Below are positions 28,561 to 40,300 of a stretch of DNA of 64,000 nucleotides, piece by piece. The stretch is from the human T2T-CHM13v2.0 reference genome, Homo sapiens. The position numbers were made by a program, and so were the translations under genes. Each line of letters begins with the position of its first letter. The first letter of the stretch is position 1. The stretch lies in assembly GCF_009914755.1 (NCBI RefSeq), contig NC_060925.1; one strand, 5' to 3'. The notes under the pieces are model-generated. The model was not told the origin of the DNA. It worked only from the letters and a program-made list of their open reading frames with translations, and did not search any database.

Positions 28561-28835
28561 TGGTCATATAATTTATTTTTCAAGCCAAGACATTTTTGAC
28601 ACTGAAAAGGTATGTTATTATTGATTACACTTGGACAGTAGTCATTCAAAGACTGACCTGGGGCAAACTGTGATGGCTGGTTGATTTAATGAAGGATGAT
28701 ATCCGTTTTCTTATGTTCTTGTGTAAGAACATGTGCACTGTGAGAGAAATAAGGCCCTTTCTTACTCTCTAGGATACAGGTATTTTGAAAACTTTTGTTT
28801 ATTGAAGAGCTTATTAAGTCTTTTTTTTTTTTTAG

Positions 28836-29035
28836 AATATTTTGATGAAATGAAAGAATATGGCCCAATTCATATTCTGTGGTCAGCGTCAGAAGAGGAT
28901 CTGGTTGATACTCTAAAGGATGTTGCCAGCTGCATTGACAGATGCTGTAAGGCCACTGAAAAGCGGATGTCTGGACTCTCAGAGGCCCTGCTTCCTGTTG
29001 TACATGAATACGTGCTTTATAGTGAAATGTTAATG
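28836..29035 (+). CDS. SNX7: SNX7 coding exon (exon 6): (E)YFDEMKEYGP...YSEMLM, BAR domain
   Basis: poly-T + ag acceptor, ATG|gtaaga donor; 200 nt, phase 1-0, compatible with exon 5. Confidence 0.96.
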
Positions 29036-30676
29036 GTAAGAACACCTAATTCTAATTTTACCTCAGTCCCTTACCTGATTATAAGCTCCATAAAGGCAAC
29101 TGTATTTCTTTTCTTTAAAACCACTATCTTTTTGTCCTAGCAGGTTGTTTTGCATGTAGATGTTCAATAAATATTTATTCACTGTGTGTCTAAATAGATG
29201 AAGGAAAGAATCCGTTGTTAAAAAGCAGGAATACTCAATAGCAACACCAACAATTTATCAGATTATACGTAGACTTGAAGCATCCTCAATCAAAATTTAC
29301 ATAGGGAATATGATTAGTTTTTCCAAACCTTGTGAAATTTTACTTTAAAATTTTTTAGTGCTTTGGGGATTTTGAAAGAACTGCTCTCCTGCTTCTAGGT
29401 ACATTTGATTTAGCAATATATTTAGTACCATTATGTAGAAAGTACTTGAGTTGGATCTTGATGTTCTGCCTTCTGGTTGCTTTTAAAAGAAATCTTTCAA
29501 GTTAAAATGCTTTTCTTTCACTACTTGAAAAGGCTTTTATTCCTCTTATATCAAAGTTTTGCATTTTACTTCCTCAGTTCAAGTTAAGGTTTCCAGATAT
29601 TTGGAATTTAGCAATGCTATCTGCAAAGCTAATATTTTTCATCCAGTATTTTTCTGTGCCTACAATACTTTACACAGGCAAATTGGCACCCTCAGTGTTT
29701 TAGGGTGGTGATGGGGACAGGAGTCAGCTTGCATTCAGATACAGCTCCTTTTTTCCGTTCTTTATAATTGGAACCATGGTTTCTTTGGACATGTACCCTT
29801 GATTTCTAGAGATTTCTTTCAATTTTTTTCTTTTTTAAAAACTTTTCCTTGTTTTGGTCTGAAAAGCTCACTTTGTGTTTCAGCATGAGATCTGCCTCTC
29901 TCTTGTTGATCATGTTTAGGTTTAGTTTGACAGAGTCATTAAATATTGCACAGACATTTCAGGCTTTGGCTGTACTTAACTTTATTGGAGTCCTCCTGTA
30001 AACAAAGCTTCTTGCTTCCCAAAAGCCTTCGATGTTTCACTGTTGATGATTCTCTTTCCTCTCTCTATCCATTTCCTTGGCTACATCCTTTGGTTTCACT
30101 TCATTATTGGGGTCACCCCCTTGTGTCAATCTTCAAGAAGATCAGATTTGTATGTTCTGTTCCATTAATTAGTGTTTTCTCCTATATTATATCAAGATGG
30201 AAATTATGTAATTGAAGTATTACATTATTAAGGGTATGGAAAAATAAGAATTATTTTATAGGTCCTCGTTTGATTGAATTAATTTTTAGATGCCTAGGGT
30301 ATAATAAGTAGTACTTATATTGCATTTCTTGTTCTGTTTGATATTGGAACATTCTCTTCAATTTCAGCTAAAGTAATGAAAAATAATCCTTCCATAAAAA
30401 TGATTAATTTCATGTAATTTTCACCAGTTGTCCTCTGAAGCAACCTTTTACTCAAAATGTATTTGTGCATATGAAAGCCAGTGCTTCATCTTTTTTGAAA
30501 CAAACCTTAAATAAATAGGACTGAATTAGAGAGTGAGTCATTTTGGTCAAAGAAAGGAAGGGCTTTCTTGACATTAATGGTATTTAAACATTGAGGTAAA
30601 TATAAAGGAATTTGAGATATCAGTTGAATTTTCTATGGACTTCTTTGCAACTAGGAAAAATGTTAGCTTCCTTTGA

Positions 30677-30844
30677 TTTTTTTTTTTTTTAAGAGACATG
30701 GTCTCACTCTGTTGCACAGGCTGGAGTGTAGAGGCATAATCATAGCTCACTACAGCCTCGAACTCCTGGGCTCAAGTGGTCCTCCCACCTCTTTCTTCCA
30801 AAGTGCTGAGATGTGATATAGGTGTGAACTACTGTGCCTGGCCT
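30677..30844 (-). mobile_element. Alu monomer (FRAM/FAM-like)
   Basis: poly-T, ggtctcactctgttg...ctcctgggctcaag...gtgcctggcc; single ~165-bp monomer. Confidence 0.8.
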
Positions 30845-31123
30845 GCTTTGAATGTCTTAAGAGTCATTCCACCAGGTGCAAAACTGTACTAAGTGATTCT
30901 TAATCCTTAATGCTTTTTGGTTATCATTTAAATAGTGTAGAGCCATCTTGTTTGACCTCCATGTAACTGATTTGTGTCTAGTTTCTTTCCTTCTTCTTTA
31001 AAACACCAGAAGGCCCTTCTCTTTTATGTCCTGTACTTCTCTAGCTGGTTGAATTGTTTGCTTGTCCAAACTTAGTTTTATTTTTTCCTTAACCTGTTCA
31101 GGCCATTTGTGCTTCTTATTAGA

Positions 31124-31207
31124 ATTTCATTATTTAATATTGTGAAAACCAGTAAAAGATGAGTACAAATAAAAAGAGTCCTTGTATCCTTAAAGTCTAA
31201 GTTACAT
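31124..31207 (+). repeat. dispersed direct repeat, copy 1 (~85 bp)
   Basis: aatattgtgaaaaccag(t)aaaagatgagtacaaata.aaagagtccttgt recurs at 33410-33496. Confidence 0.9.
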
Positions 31208-31945
31208 GTCTCGGAAGAAATGTGAATCACTTAAAGACATTGTAAAAGTTCGGCGAAAATGAAAGATGTAGTTTAATTCTGCACTCAAATTTCTTCACAT
31301 GGGTGCTTTAAGTTTAAAAACTCTGAAACATGAAATCAAGAAAACAAGAAACTCCTATCAAAGAGGAGGCTATGATCTCTCATCCAAAGCTTGGCTAACT
31401 GATGAATATTTTATATTTTGAGCTAAAATAAAATGCTTAGGATATGAATGCATACTTCAATTTTCTGATTTCCTACCATAATTTCCTGTTTGATTATCTG
31501 ATCCTTTGGAGTCAGGTAAGAAGGTTGCCACAGAGTGTAGATATGGTCCATGTGACATCCCACCCGTAACTAGTTTATGCCATAGTGTATTTCTCCAGTG
31601 CTTCTACTATTTTTTGTTTGTTTTGCTCTTTACTATTTTTGAAGAATTGTACATGCGTATTCCACCAAATGTAGTACATATGTACAATGCTTAAATGGGT
31701 AAAATGTGCATTAGGAAAACTAATAAAACATTTATAGGAAAAAAAACCCTCTTAAATACTTGCTTTCAATTTAGTTTTTAGAGAGTAACAAAAAAAAAAA
31801 ACAACTTTTTAAATGTATTATATCCCCAAATGACTGATGGCTTGGGGAAGAGATGCTATTTATATTCTGAAATATATATTTTTGCTATAGGAAAGATTAT
31901 TAAAACTAAGTACAGCCTATTTTATCTGTGTGTTTTAATGTAAAG

Positions 31946-32032
31946 GGTGTTATGAAAAGAAGAGACCAAATACAAGCAGAACTGGATTCCAAAGTTGAAG
32001 TTTTGACCTATAAAAAGGCAGATACTGATCTG
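31946..32032 (+). CDS. SNX7: SNX7 coding exon (exon 7): GVMKRRDQIQAELDSKVEVLTYKKADTDL, BAR domain
   Basis: aag acceptor, CTG|gtaagt donor; 87 nt, phase 0-0; coiled-coil-like peptide continuing the frame. Confidence 0.93.
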
Positions 32033-32095
32033 GTAAGTTTTTAAGTTTCTTGATACAATCATATAGAATTCATTGTCTAAAATTTTTATTAGCAA

Positions 32096-32145
32096 TGTCC
32101 TTACATGATTGTCCTTACATGATTGTTTCTTATATGATTGTTTCT
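32096..32145. repeat. short tandem repeat, 14-15-bp unit (tgtccttacatgat) x ~3
   Basis: directly visible ~65 bp downstream of the exon 7 donor. Confidence 0.8.
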
Positions 32146-33409
32146 AAGCATTAAGCAAATTATAGTAAAATTTCTTCCTAAAATCTGTTATACATTGGAT
32201 ACCATGTGAGTCTACAAGCTTAACAATGACGGTTTTCTGCCTTTCTGACTTATGTCTCATACTATTAAGAAAGTATAATTTTGTAAAAAGGAAATAATGT
32301 GTTAGAAGAAAGTATGAAAGGCAATGCTAGCATTATTCCAGGCTAGTAAGTACTCAGTAAGTAAATCTACTTTTTTATAGTTTTTTGAGATATTTATATA
32401 CATTAATGTTCCTGTATACTTCTTTTCTAAGTGTTGTTAAAATCTTTATGAAAGGGAATATCTTTGCGTTTGCAAGTTTAATCTTTCCCTTAAGATATTT
32501 TATTATGGAAATTTTCAAACAAAATGAGATCTAATAATACAATGAGCTCTCATATACTCATAACTGGGCTTCATTAATTCTCACCATTTGGCTCAACTTT
32601 TTTTATTGTCTCTCCTCATTTTTAAATTTTTACTGAAGTATTCTAAAGCAAATTCTAGATATAGATTATTTTACCCATGGTATTTTTATATTTATATTTT
32701 AGTATCTTTGCATTTTCAGAGTAATACTATCAGGTTGGAATAATTATTCTCACTTTAAAGGTGAGAAGACTCTTGAAAGGTAGAGTAATTTGCCTAAGTT
32801 TATATATAGGTCTTGAAATGCAGAATAGGATTGGAGGTGATGACGTCTCTTGCCTGCCTCAGACAGTGCTGCCTATCAGAAAGCAGGTATAGAAGTGGGA
32901 AAAATGGACTTTTAACCTAACGAACTTCTACTGAGTGCATTATGAAATATTTTTAAAATTTTTCTTTAAATTTAAGGATTTAGGTTGTTATTGAATACAA
33001 TATTGAGTGCACTTACATCAGGTGAGCGGGGGAGTCCTTGAAACTTCCCTGTAAATCTGTAATATTGCAGCCTCCTCAGCCCTGACCTGGCCAAGGACTC
33101 TGCATCCCCCCTCCCTGCTTTAATTTTCTCCCTAACTTTAATCACTTCCTAACATATGACTTCCTAATTAGTTTTCTTTGTATATTTTTCTCTCTCTTTC
33201 CCTCTCCATAATTGAAACTCCTTAAGGGCAGATTTTTTTTATTTGTTCACTGGAGTGCTCCCAGGCCCTTGTGCACTGCCTGGCACATGGTAGTCACTCA
33301 ATAAATATGTAGTGAAGGAATGAGTGGAAGCCACAGGGACTACTCTGATTTGTGCAAGCATATTGAAGGCTTGAAGCATGAAGTCTCTACAAAATCAGAA
33401 TGTGCAATT

Positions 33410-33496
33410 ATTTCATTATTTAATTAATATTGTGAAAACCAGAAAAGATGAGTACAAATACAAAGAGTCCTTGTGTCTACGAAGTCTAACTTGCAT
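33410..33496 (+). repeat. dispersed direct repeat, copy 2
   Basis: aligns with 31124-31207 by eye. Confidence 0.9.
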
Positions 33497-33751
33497 AGTT
33501 CTATGCAACTTAGAATTATTATACTATGAATTACTCTCACGTTTCTTGACTATGTATATTAACTGAAATTCTGTTCTCTCCAGTGGAATGTGAGTGGGGA
33601 GTGGTGGGCTGCTGTAGACAGAGTAGGAGAAAGGAATCTGTGAGAGGGAATAACAGAAAATGTAGAACTAGATGAACTAGTGCTCAAGGGAAAACTCATC
33701 TTTATTATTTAGAGAGAACCCCAGATTAACCTTTTCTATTTGATAAGAAAC

Positions 33752-33877
33752 AATTGACTCCTAACACTCTCTCTATATATAGTTAAGAAACATATATATA
33801 CATATGTGTATAAACATATATATACATATATACATATAGTTCTTAACTATATATAGAGAGATAGTTAAGAGTCAATT
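33752..33877. repeat. inverted repeat, 38-bp arms (33752-33789 / 33840-33877) around a 50-bp TA/CA spacer
   Basis: reverse complement of the left arm matches the right arm at 35/38 positions. Confidence 0.92.
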
Positions 33878-34676
33878 AGAATTGACTGTGAAAGGCTGCA
33901 CATGTGTATAGAAATTGTAATTGCATCTTTTGAATTTTAGAATTTGTTTTTAGGTGTTAAGTAAGGATATCGAAGTTAGTGGTTAGACAAAATTTTGCTC
34001 TTGATGAAATACTAGAAACAGTAGAATATTTTAAAGTTTCAGGAGAATAATAGCATGGCTGAAAAACCAAGCATATGTTAAGAATGGCCTATATTCATGT
34101 TTTAAAATGAAAAGAAGATTAATCGGGATTGTTCCAAACACAAAAGCACAAGGAAAAAAATAGCCTGGGTCCAAATATGGCTGGGATTTCCCAACTCAGT
34201 TAAAAAAAAAAAACACATTATTTTTCCACTGGGCTTGCAAATATTTTGTCTTCTGCTGTATAAAAATTTTTTTGATATTTTGTTATAACTTAATCAGTAT
34301 ATATTTATGATTTCACTTGGGTGTGTGTGTCATGTCTACTCTAAAGTGTTTAATACCCATGTAGCTGCTACATTGTAAGACTGGAAAAATTTGAAACTTT
34401 AATTATCTGCATTATATTCTGTAAGATACTTTTGGTTGATTAAGTTTCAAAACAGACACATTTAACAGAGAGATTGCAGGTATTTTTTTGTTTATCATCA
34501 AAACAAATTTTTCCTAAAGTTTATGGGGACTGAGTTAATGATTTGTGAATGGAACTGTTTATATTTTCAAATAATTAATTTGTTTATAGGCCTTCTCACT
34601 TTTAAAATCCCTGTGCCTTATGATGGTATCTTCAGGAGAAATCTACCAGAGTTACTCTAAAAATGAACCGGCCTTG

Positions 34677-34894
34677 ATTGGTCACAGAAAGACTGAAAGG
34701 AAGTTGCTTAGAAATATGCAGGATAGGGTCACCATGGCAACGTGCCCTTGTGAGGTCCTTCTAAGGAGCCATCCTTTGCAGTCACCATGGCGACCCTGGC
34801 AGAGAACTGAATATAGCTGTCTGCCTGGTTGTTTACCATGGCAACTCAGACAGGGCCATTTTGGAGACAACCCAGGGGCCATTTCTATGGAGAC
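34677..34894. promoter_or_regulatory. clustered RFX X-box motifs with CCAAT box and forkhead site (candidate enhancer or internal promoter)
   Basis: GTCACCATGGCAAC 34728, GTCACCATGGCGAC 34781, TTTACCATGGCAAC 34832, ATTTCTATGGAGAC 34881; ATTGG 34677; TGTTTAC 34830; motifs are seen directly, function is inferred. Confidence 0.65.
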
Positions 34895-35419
34895 ATTGGG
34901 GCAGCCTTCAGAGACTCCATCAAAGTCACCTTTGGGTGGGATGCTACGTGCAAACCCAGCAAAGCAACTGATAATGAAAAGGTCAGTGAAATGAAGCTCT
35001 AGTAAGAAAAGCAAAGATTAGAGGAGTTATAGTTATTGGGTAGAAAGACAGCAGTTATGTAACATTCCAGAGGACATTTGACTATGTCAGATGACCTTTG
35101 TGTGGATTTTGTGGCATGCAAATACAAGGGCTCTGGTCTTTTTACCTTGCCTATAATCCTGCATTTGAACAATAATGGCATTACAGTTACTTTTTCTTAC
35201 CACGCAGATATACCCACAAAAGGTATGTGTTTTTCTGCAAACTAAAATAATATCTGACAGTGAGTCCTTGATGCATTACATGGTTAGTTGCAAAGTGGCT
35301 CCTTCTTAGAGTTTGTGGTTTGTAGTTCTTATCTCACAGCAATAAAATTAATGGTTTCAAAATTACCTAAGTCAGTAAAGACATTCGGAATATTCATTTG
35401 AAGGTCAGTTCAGCTGTTC

Positions 35420-37300
35420 ATGTAGAGTTTTGTCATCTAAGCTTTGGAACTTGATAAATCAAAGATCAAATCCTAGCTTACCTGTTTATGAATTTTGTGA
35501 CCCAGGACAAGTTTTCTAACTTCTTTCAGCCTCATTTTATCATGTATAGGTTGAGGAAATTATTAGTACCTTTCTAATAGGCTTGTTTAAGGATTAAATT
35601 GTGTAATGCAAATAAATTGCTTGGATCATAGTAAGCACTCAGTAGCTTTTAGCTGTTGTCATTTTGATGACAGTATAGAGGTAATGTTTGAGATTGGTCC
35701 TATAAAATGACTATGGAATTATTCATTGCAAAGCACAAGGAATATTTCAGGTAGAATGGGTATTATGAAAAGCTTTAGAAGCTCAAAAAGCATGCTAAAT
35801 TGATTAAACCAGATTGGTTTGTGGAGGGGAGGGTACAGTAAGGAAGAGGGGATGTGACTTAAAGATGGACTGTAGTCAGGTGGGAAGGAGGCCTTATCTG
35901 TCAGGTTGAGAAATATGTACTTTATCCTTTGCTCAGTATGGATGCAGTGGGAACCTGAACTGAAGAGGTGGCAGTGGAGTTGCAGAGAAGAGTTAATATG
36001 AGAAAGACGTAGGCAGAGGGTAGAATCCACATCACTTAAAGAATGAAGGGCAGCCAATGTTTCAAGTTGTTAATAACTAACATTTCTAACTTGCAGCAGG
36101 GCAGATCGTGGCTCTCTACACTGAGCTACAGAATAAAAAGTGAAGAAGAAATCTGGAGGTGTGCAGCTTTACATAATGATAAGATGATATTTAAGATGAG
36201 GTATTCAACAAAAACTTTTCAGCAAAGTTAATTGACTATTTACCATATGAACGTCACTGTTCCCAGCACTGGGGAAAGAAACCAGGTCCTCATGAGGCTT
36301 ATGTTTTAGTGGGTTAAAAAAAGAGTAAATAATTAAAATTTATAATATATTATCATATAGTGATAAGCGTGGAGGAGACAGAGTGTTGAGGAGCAGTGCA
36401 ATTTAGGATTAGGGGTCAGTAAAATATTCACCAAGGAGGTAATGTTTTAGTAATATGTGTACCTGGGGGAAGAGCCTTTCAGGCAGAGGGGACAGTACAT
36501 GCACAATGAAAGTATGCTTGTACATTCCAGAAGAAGCAAGAAGACCAGTGTTGCAGAAATGAAGTGAGCAAGTAAAAGAGTTGTGGGAAATGAAGTCAGG
36601 TCTAACCAGGGGTTAGACCATATAGAGCTTTATAAGGTTTTGGTCTCAGTGAGATAGGAAAATAGTTGAACAGAGGAGTAACATAATCATATTTAAGTTA
36701 CAAGATGATTATTGTGCTTGGAGAAAGCACAAGATGATGTGCATGTGGTATGTGCATGGGATGGAGGAAAGCCAGAGCCGGAGAGTAGCTCTTAAAGTAT
36801 TTCCAGTGAGACATAATAGCTTGGACCAGAGCAGAAGTGATGTTAAGGGGTCAGAAGCTGAGTATATTTCGCAGGAAGAGCTGTTTGCTATTTGGTGGGC
36901 TGTGGATCGTGAGCCAATAAGGAGAGGCAAGGATGATTCTGAGGTTTTAGACAGAGCAACTGGAAGGTAATAGTTGGCATTAATTGAGATGAGGAGACTT
37001 TGGAAACAACAGGTTTAATGGGGAAGATAATTTTCTCAGATTTGGAAAGGTAAAGTTTGATTTGCCTATTAGTCACCCAATGGAGCTATTGAGTAGGGAG
37101 TTACATGTAAAAATTCATAGGTTCAGCTGAAGATATGTATTTGGAAATTATTAGCAAATAGATGGTATTTAAAGCTATAACATTTGTCAAGGTCATTAAA
37201 GTATGAGCCTTTACTTTATCCTGTCAGAGCCTTGGCATATTTCAACATTAAGAGATTAATGATAATGGAAGAATCAGAAGTTTTGGCTGAGGAGGAGAAG
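35420..37300. mobile_element. MIR (~35420-35660) followed by L2 fragments
   Basis: tgtgacccaggacaagttttctaacttc MIR core; long purine-rich antisense-L2-like sequence; boundaries approximate. Confidence 0.6.
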
Positions 37301-40300
37301 GGAAAGAATTTGATGTAGCTTTGTCTGGTGATAGATCATTGCACCAGTAAGATTAACTAAACGGATCTGATTAGGGTCATCCAACTTTTTAAACCATTTC
37401 TCCATTTATGAGGCATTTCAAAAAATAATTTGATATATGATAATTAAAATATTTCAAGAGTAATTGAGTTGCATTATGTGCACCAGTAAAGAAGATATTC
37501 AATGTGATAGATACCATCCTATGAAAGCCATAATTTTTGACTGGGATGATAAAGGTATAATAATAACTGAGATTATGAGGAAACTCAGATATTTGGAGAA
37601 ACTTGTGGGTTTTGCCATTTTGTTATAAGTTTTCAGAGTCAGAGCTTCTGTTTGAAAATGCTTATTCACTTCACTGCTTAACTGTAAAATAAATAAGGTT
37701 CATCTGTGGTGCTAAATAATACTGCATATCTATTTTATTTTTATTTCTGAATGGATGATTTATAGTTTTCCACTGAAAGCAGCATTCAAATATAAATGAA
37801 TATGAATACATTTGACATTTAGCAATATGTGCATAGAATTGGAAAGTTGGATCTAGATATAATGCCATAGCTGTTTAGCAGTATATTTATGTGAGCAAAG
37901 AAATGCATTTTCATAAGATCATCATAGTCTGGAATTTTGCACAGCCACATTCAGTAGATAGAAACAGATACCAGATTATTCAAGCTGGTCCTTATTCAGT
38001 ATGACATGCTATTTTTGGCTGGTGTTTTACTCTCATCCTTAAATAGAGGTTATTAATTTTCAGATGATCTTGGTAGTGTATAAATGGTGCACAGAGCAAG
38101 ATTGCCTTCTCTCTCTAATTCTAGGAAGCTTTAAAGAAATAATTTTGACATAGCAAGCCTTGCTTGTGATCAGAGGTGAAGGTTGCTTCTTCCTTTTCTT
38201 AAATATTTTCTGGCTCACTTCTCTCCTGAACTTTTTACAAATTATTCCTTTCTGTATGCCTCATTTCCTAATATAATCTGTTTTCTACTCTGCTTCTTTT
38301 TGTCTGTTTACAGCTATGTGTCTGTCTCTCATGCACAGATACATATCCATCCACACATGTATACATATACACACACACACAGCAGTAAAGAACATGACAG
38401 TGTCCAGTGGGATGAGAAAAGGCTTTTTTTCTTGCATATTTCCTTTTATCAGTTTATCCTAAAAGGCACCTGGCTGACATTTCCTCAAAACTTGTTGGTC
38501 AGAATTGTGAAAAGTCAGGATCAAACCAGTCACATGGAGTGGGAATGTGGCCATCAGAATTTACTTATCAGCTACAATACACACCCAGTTACAGATACCT
38601 GAAAAAACTGGGGCCTTTGCAGAACGTAACGTGGAGAGTAGAGGATGGATTCTGGGTAAAACACTAATAAATGCTGGTCACAGACAGTGCAGCAGGGTAG
38701 TGGGTTTGCACACACACAGCTGGCGGGGAATTTGGAATGGTGCATGAGTGATGCTGTAATCAAGAAGGCCCTCAGCAGCCAGCTCCTCCCAGAAGAAAGT
38801 ACCAGGGAGTACCTAGAATTCCTCTCCCTTTCTGTCTTCTCCGGCAGCCCTGTCTCATTCAAGGCTTCATTGGCTTGAGTGGTAGGTACAAAAGCAAAAC
38901 TGTGTTCTCCTATTTATATAAACTTGTAAAGGATAATAATGAATATTTGATTAAATTGCAAAAATCACCGTATCTACCTTATGAATAGGAGTCTGTTGAG
39001 CCTGAGATCTCTGGTTGGAATTTTACCATATTGGATTTTTCTCTCTGTCATTTATTTTTGTGCCCCTGGCCACTTCCCAACAGAGCAGTCTCTGTAAAGT
39101 ATTTAATATAAGGTCTTAATCCCAGTTGCAGAGTTGTGTGTAATTTAAAGCACAGCATTTTGTGGCATCTGGGCCATTTACTGCATTTGTAGTTCTGGGC
39201 CAAGTTCCTTAACATTCTCCATACTTTAGTTTACTCAACTGTGAGAGATGTGGGTAATGCCTTCCGTAGAGTGTTGTTAAATGAGCATATTGAAACCTTA
39301 GCCCAGTGCCTAACCAGGATTAGATTGTAAATATTTCTATAAACGATGTTAAAGGAACTTTCTTTGAAGTATATATTAGTTTCATTCTTCTAGATCAAAG
39401 TTTGGAAAGTGTTAACTGCAGTCCTGCTTCTGAGACCTCCACAGTGTTAAAATAAGAAAAAAGAAAAAGCGAGGCAGCAATTAGCTTTAGCTGTGTAGTG
39501 ACCACTCCCATTTGCCCTACCTGGTCGCTCTAGGCAGTTGCATAGATACTTTAAATTGTATCTGAATTTATGCAGACTATTGAGAGGTTGTGCTTTGGAC
39601 TCCTACGGAATTATTTTAACTCAACTCACTCGATGTTGTACCATTGATGCATCAGAAGGACATTTTAAGGAGAACCATAAATCTATTTATGATAAACATC
39701 AACAGCACTATTTTATATTTTTCTTTTATGAGACCTCATGAGAAAGCTTTCATTTACATCTCAGCACCAGCAATATGGTTTCATTTCTCCTGAGTAGCTA
39801 GTGTATTTTCAGCTTGTACACATCTTGGGTTTTATATCTGATCTTATCCCATTTATCTCACTTTTTACAGTAGTTACTAGACTATTGAGAGCCCCAATTC
39901 TGATCCACTTCTGTCTAGAAAGTGTGTCTTTTTTGTGTCAAACTCACCCTTGGCTTTACCTTGTTTTTTTCCTTACTCTCATGTTCTCATTGCACTAATG
40001 TCTTTACTTTCTGTCTTTAAACTTGTAGAGTACAATTGTGGAAGCTCTCTTATATGGAATATGGAATCTAATAAGGAATAAATTAGAAACAAATTAATAA
40101 GAACTAGAGGTAAAGTATTCCAAATCATTTTAAAGACCACACATTTCTTACAACATACTGTGACCCACCCTGCCCAAGTGTGTTTTTAGTCATTTCTTTT
40201 GAAATTCATAAACAGCAGCATGTCTGTTATGAACACAAACCTGAACACGGAATGACTCATGTAACCGTTACCCAGAAAACTTGTCAAGAGATATTAGAGG

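Noticed and set aside
34728-34894. CRISPR-like reading of the spaced palindromes
   Set aside because: Eukaryotic intron, degenerate 14-bp units, no cas genes; transcription-factor sites are the parsimonious explanation
34620-35014. Overlapping 124-aa (+) and 110-aa (-) ORFs over the RFX cluster
   Set aside because: No recognisable domain; the recurring PW/MAT peptides simply reflect the CCATGGCAAC DNA motifs; higher GC explains the lack of stops
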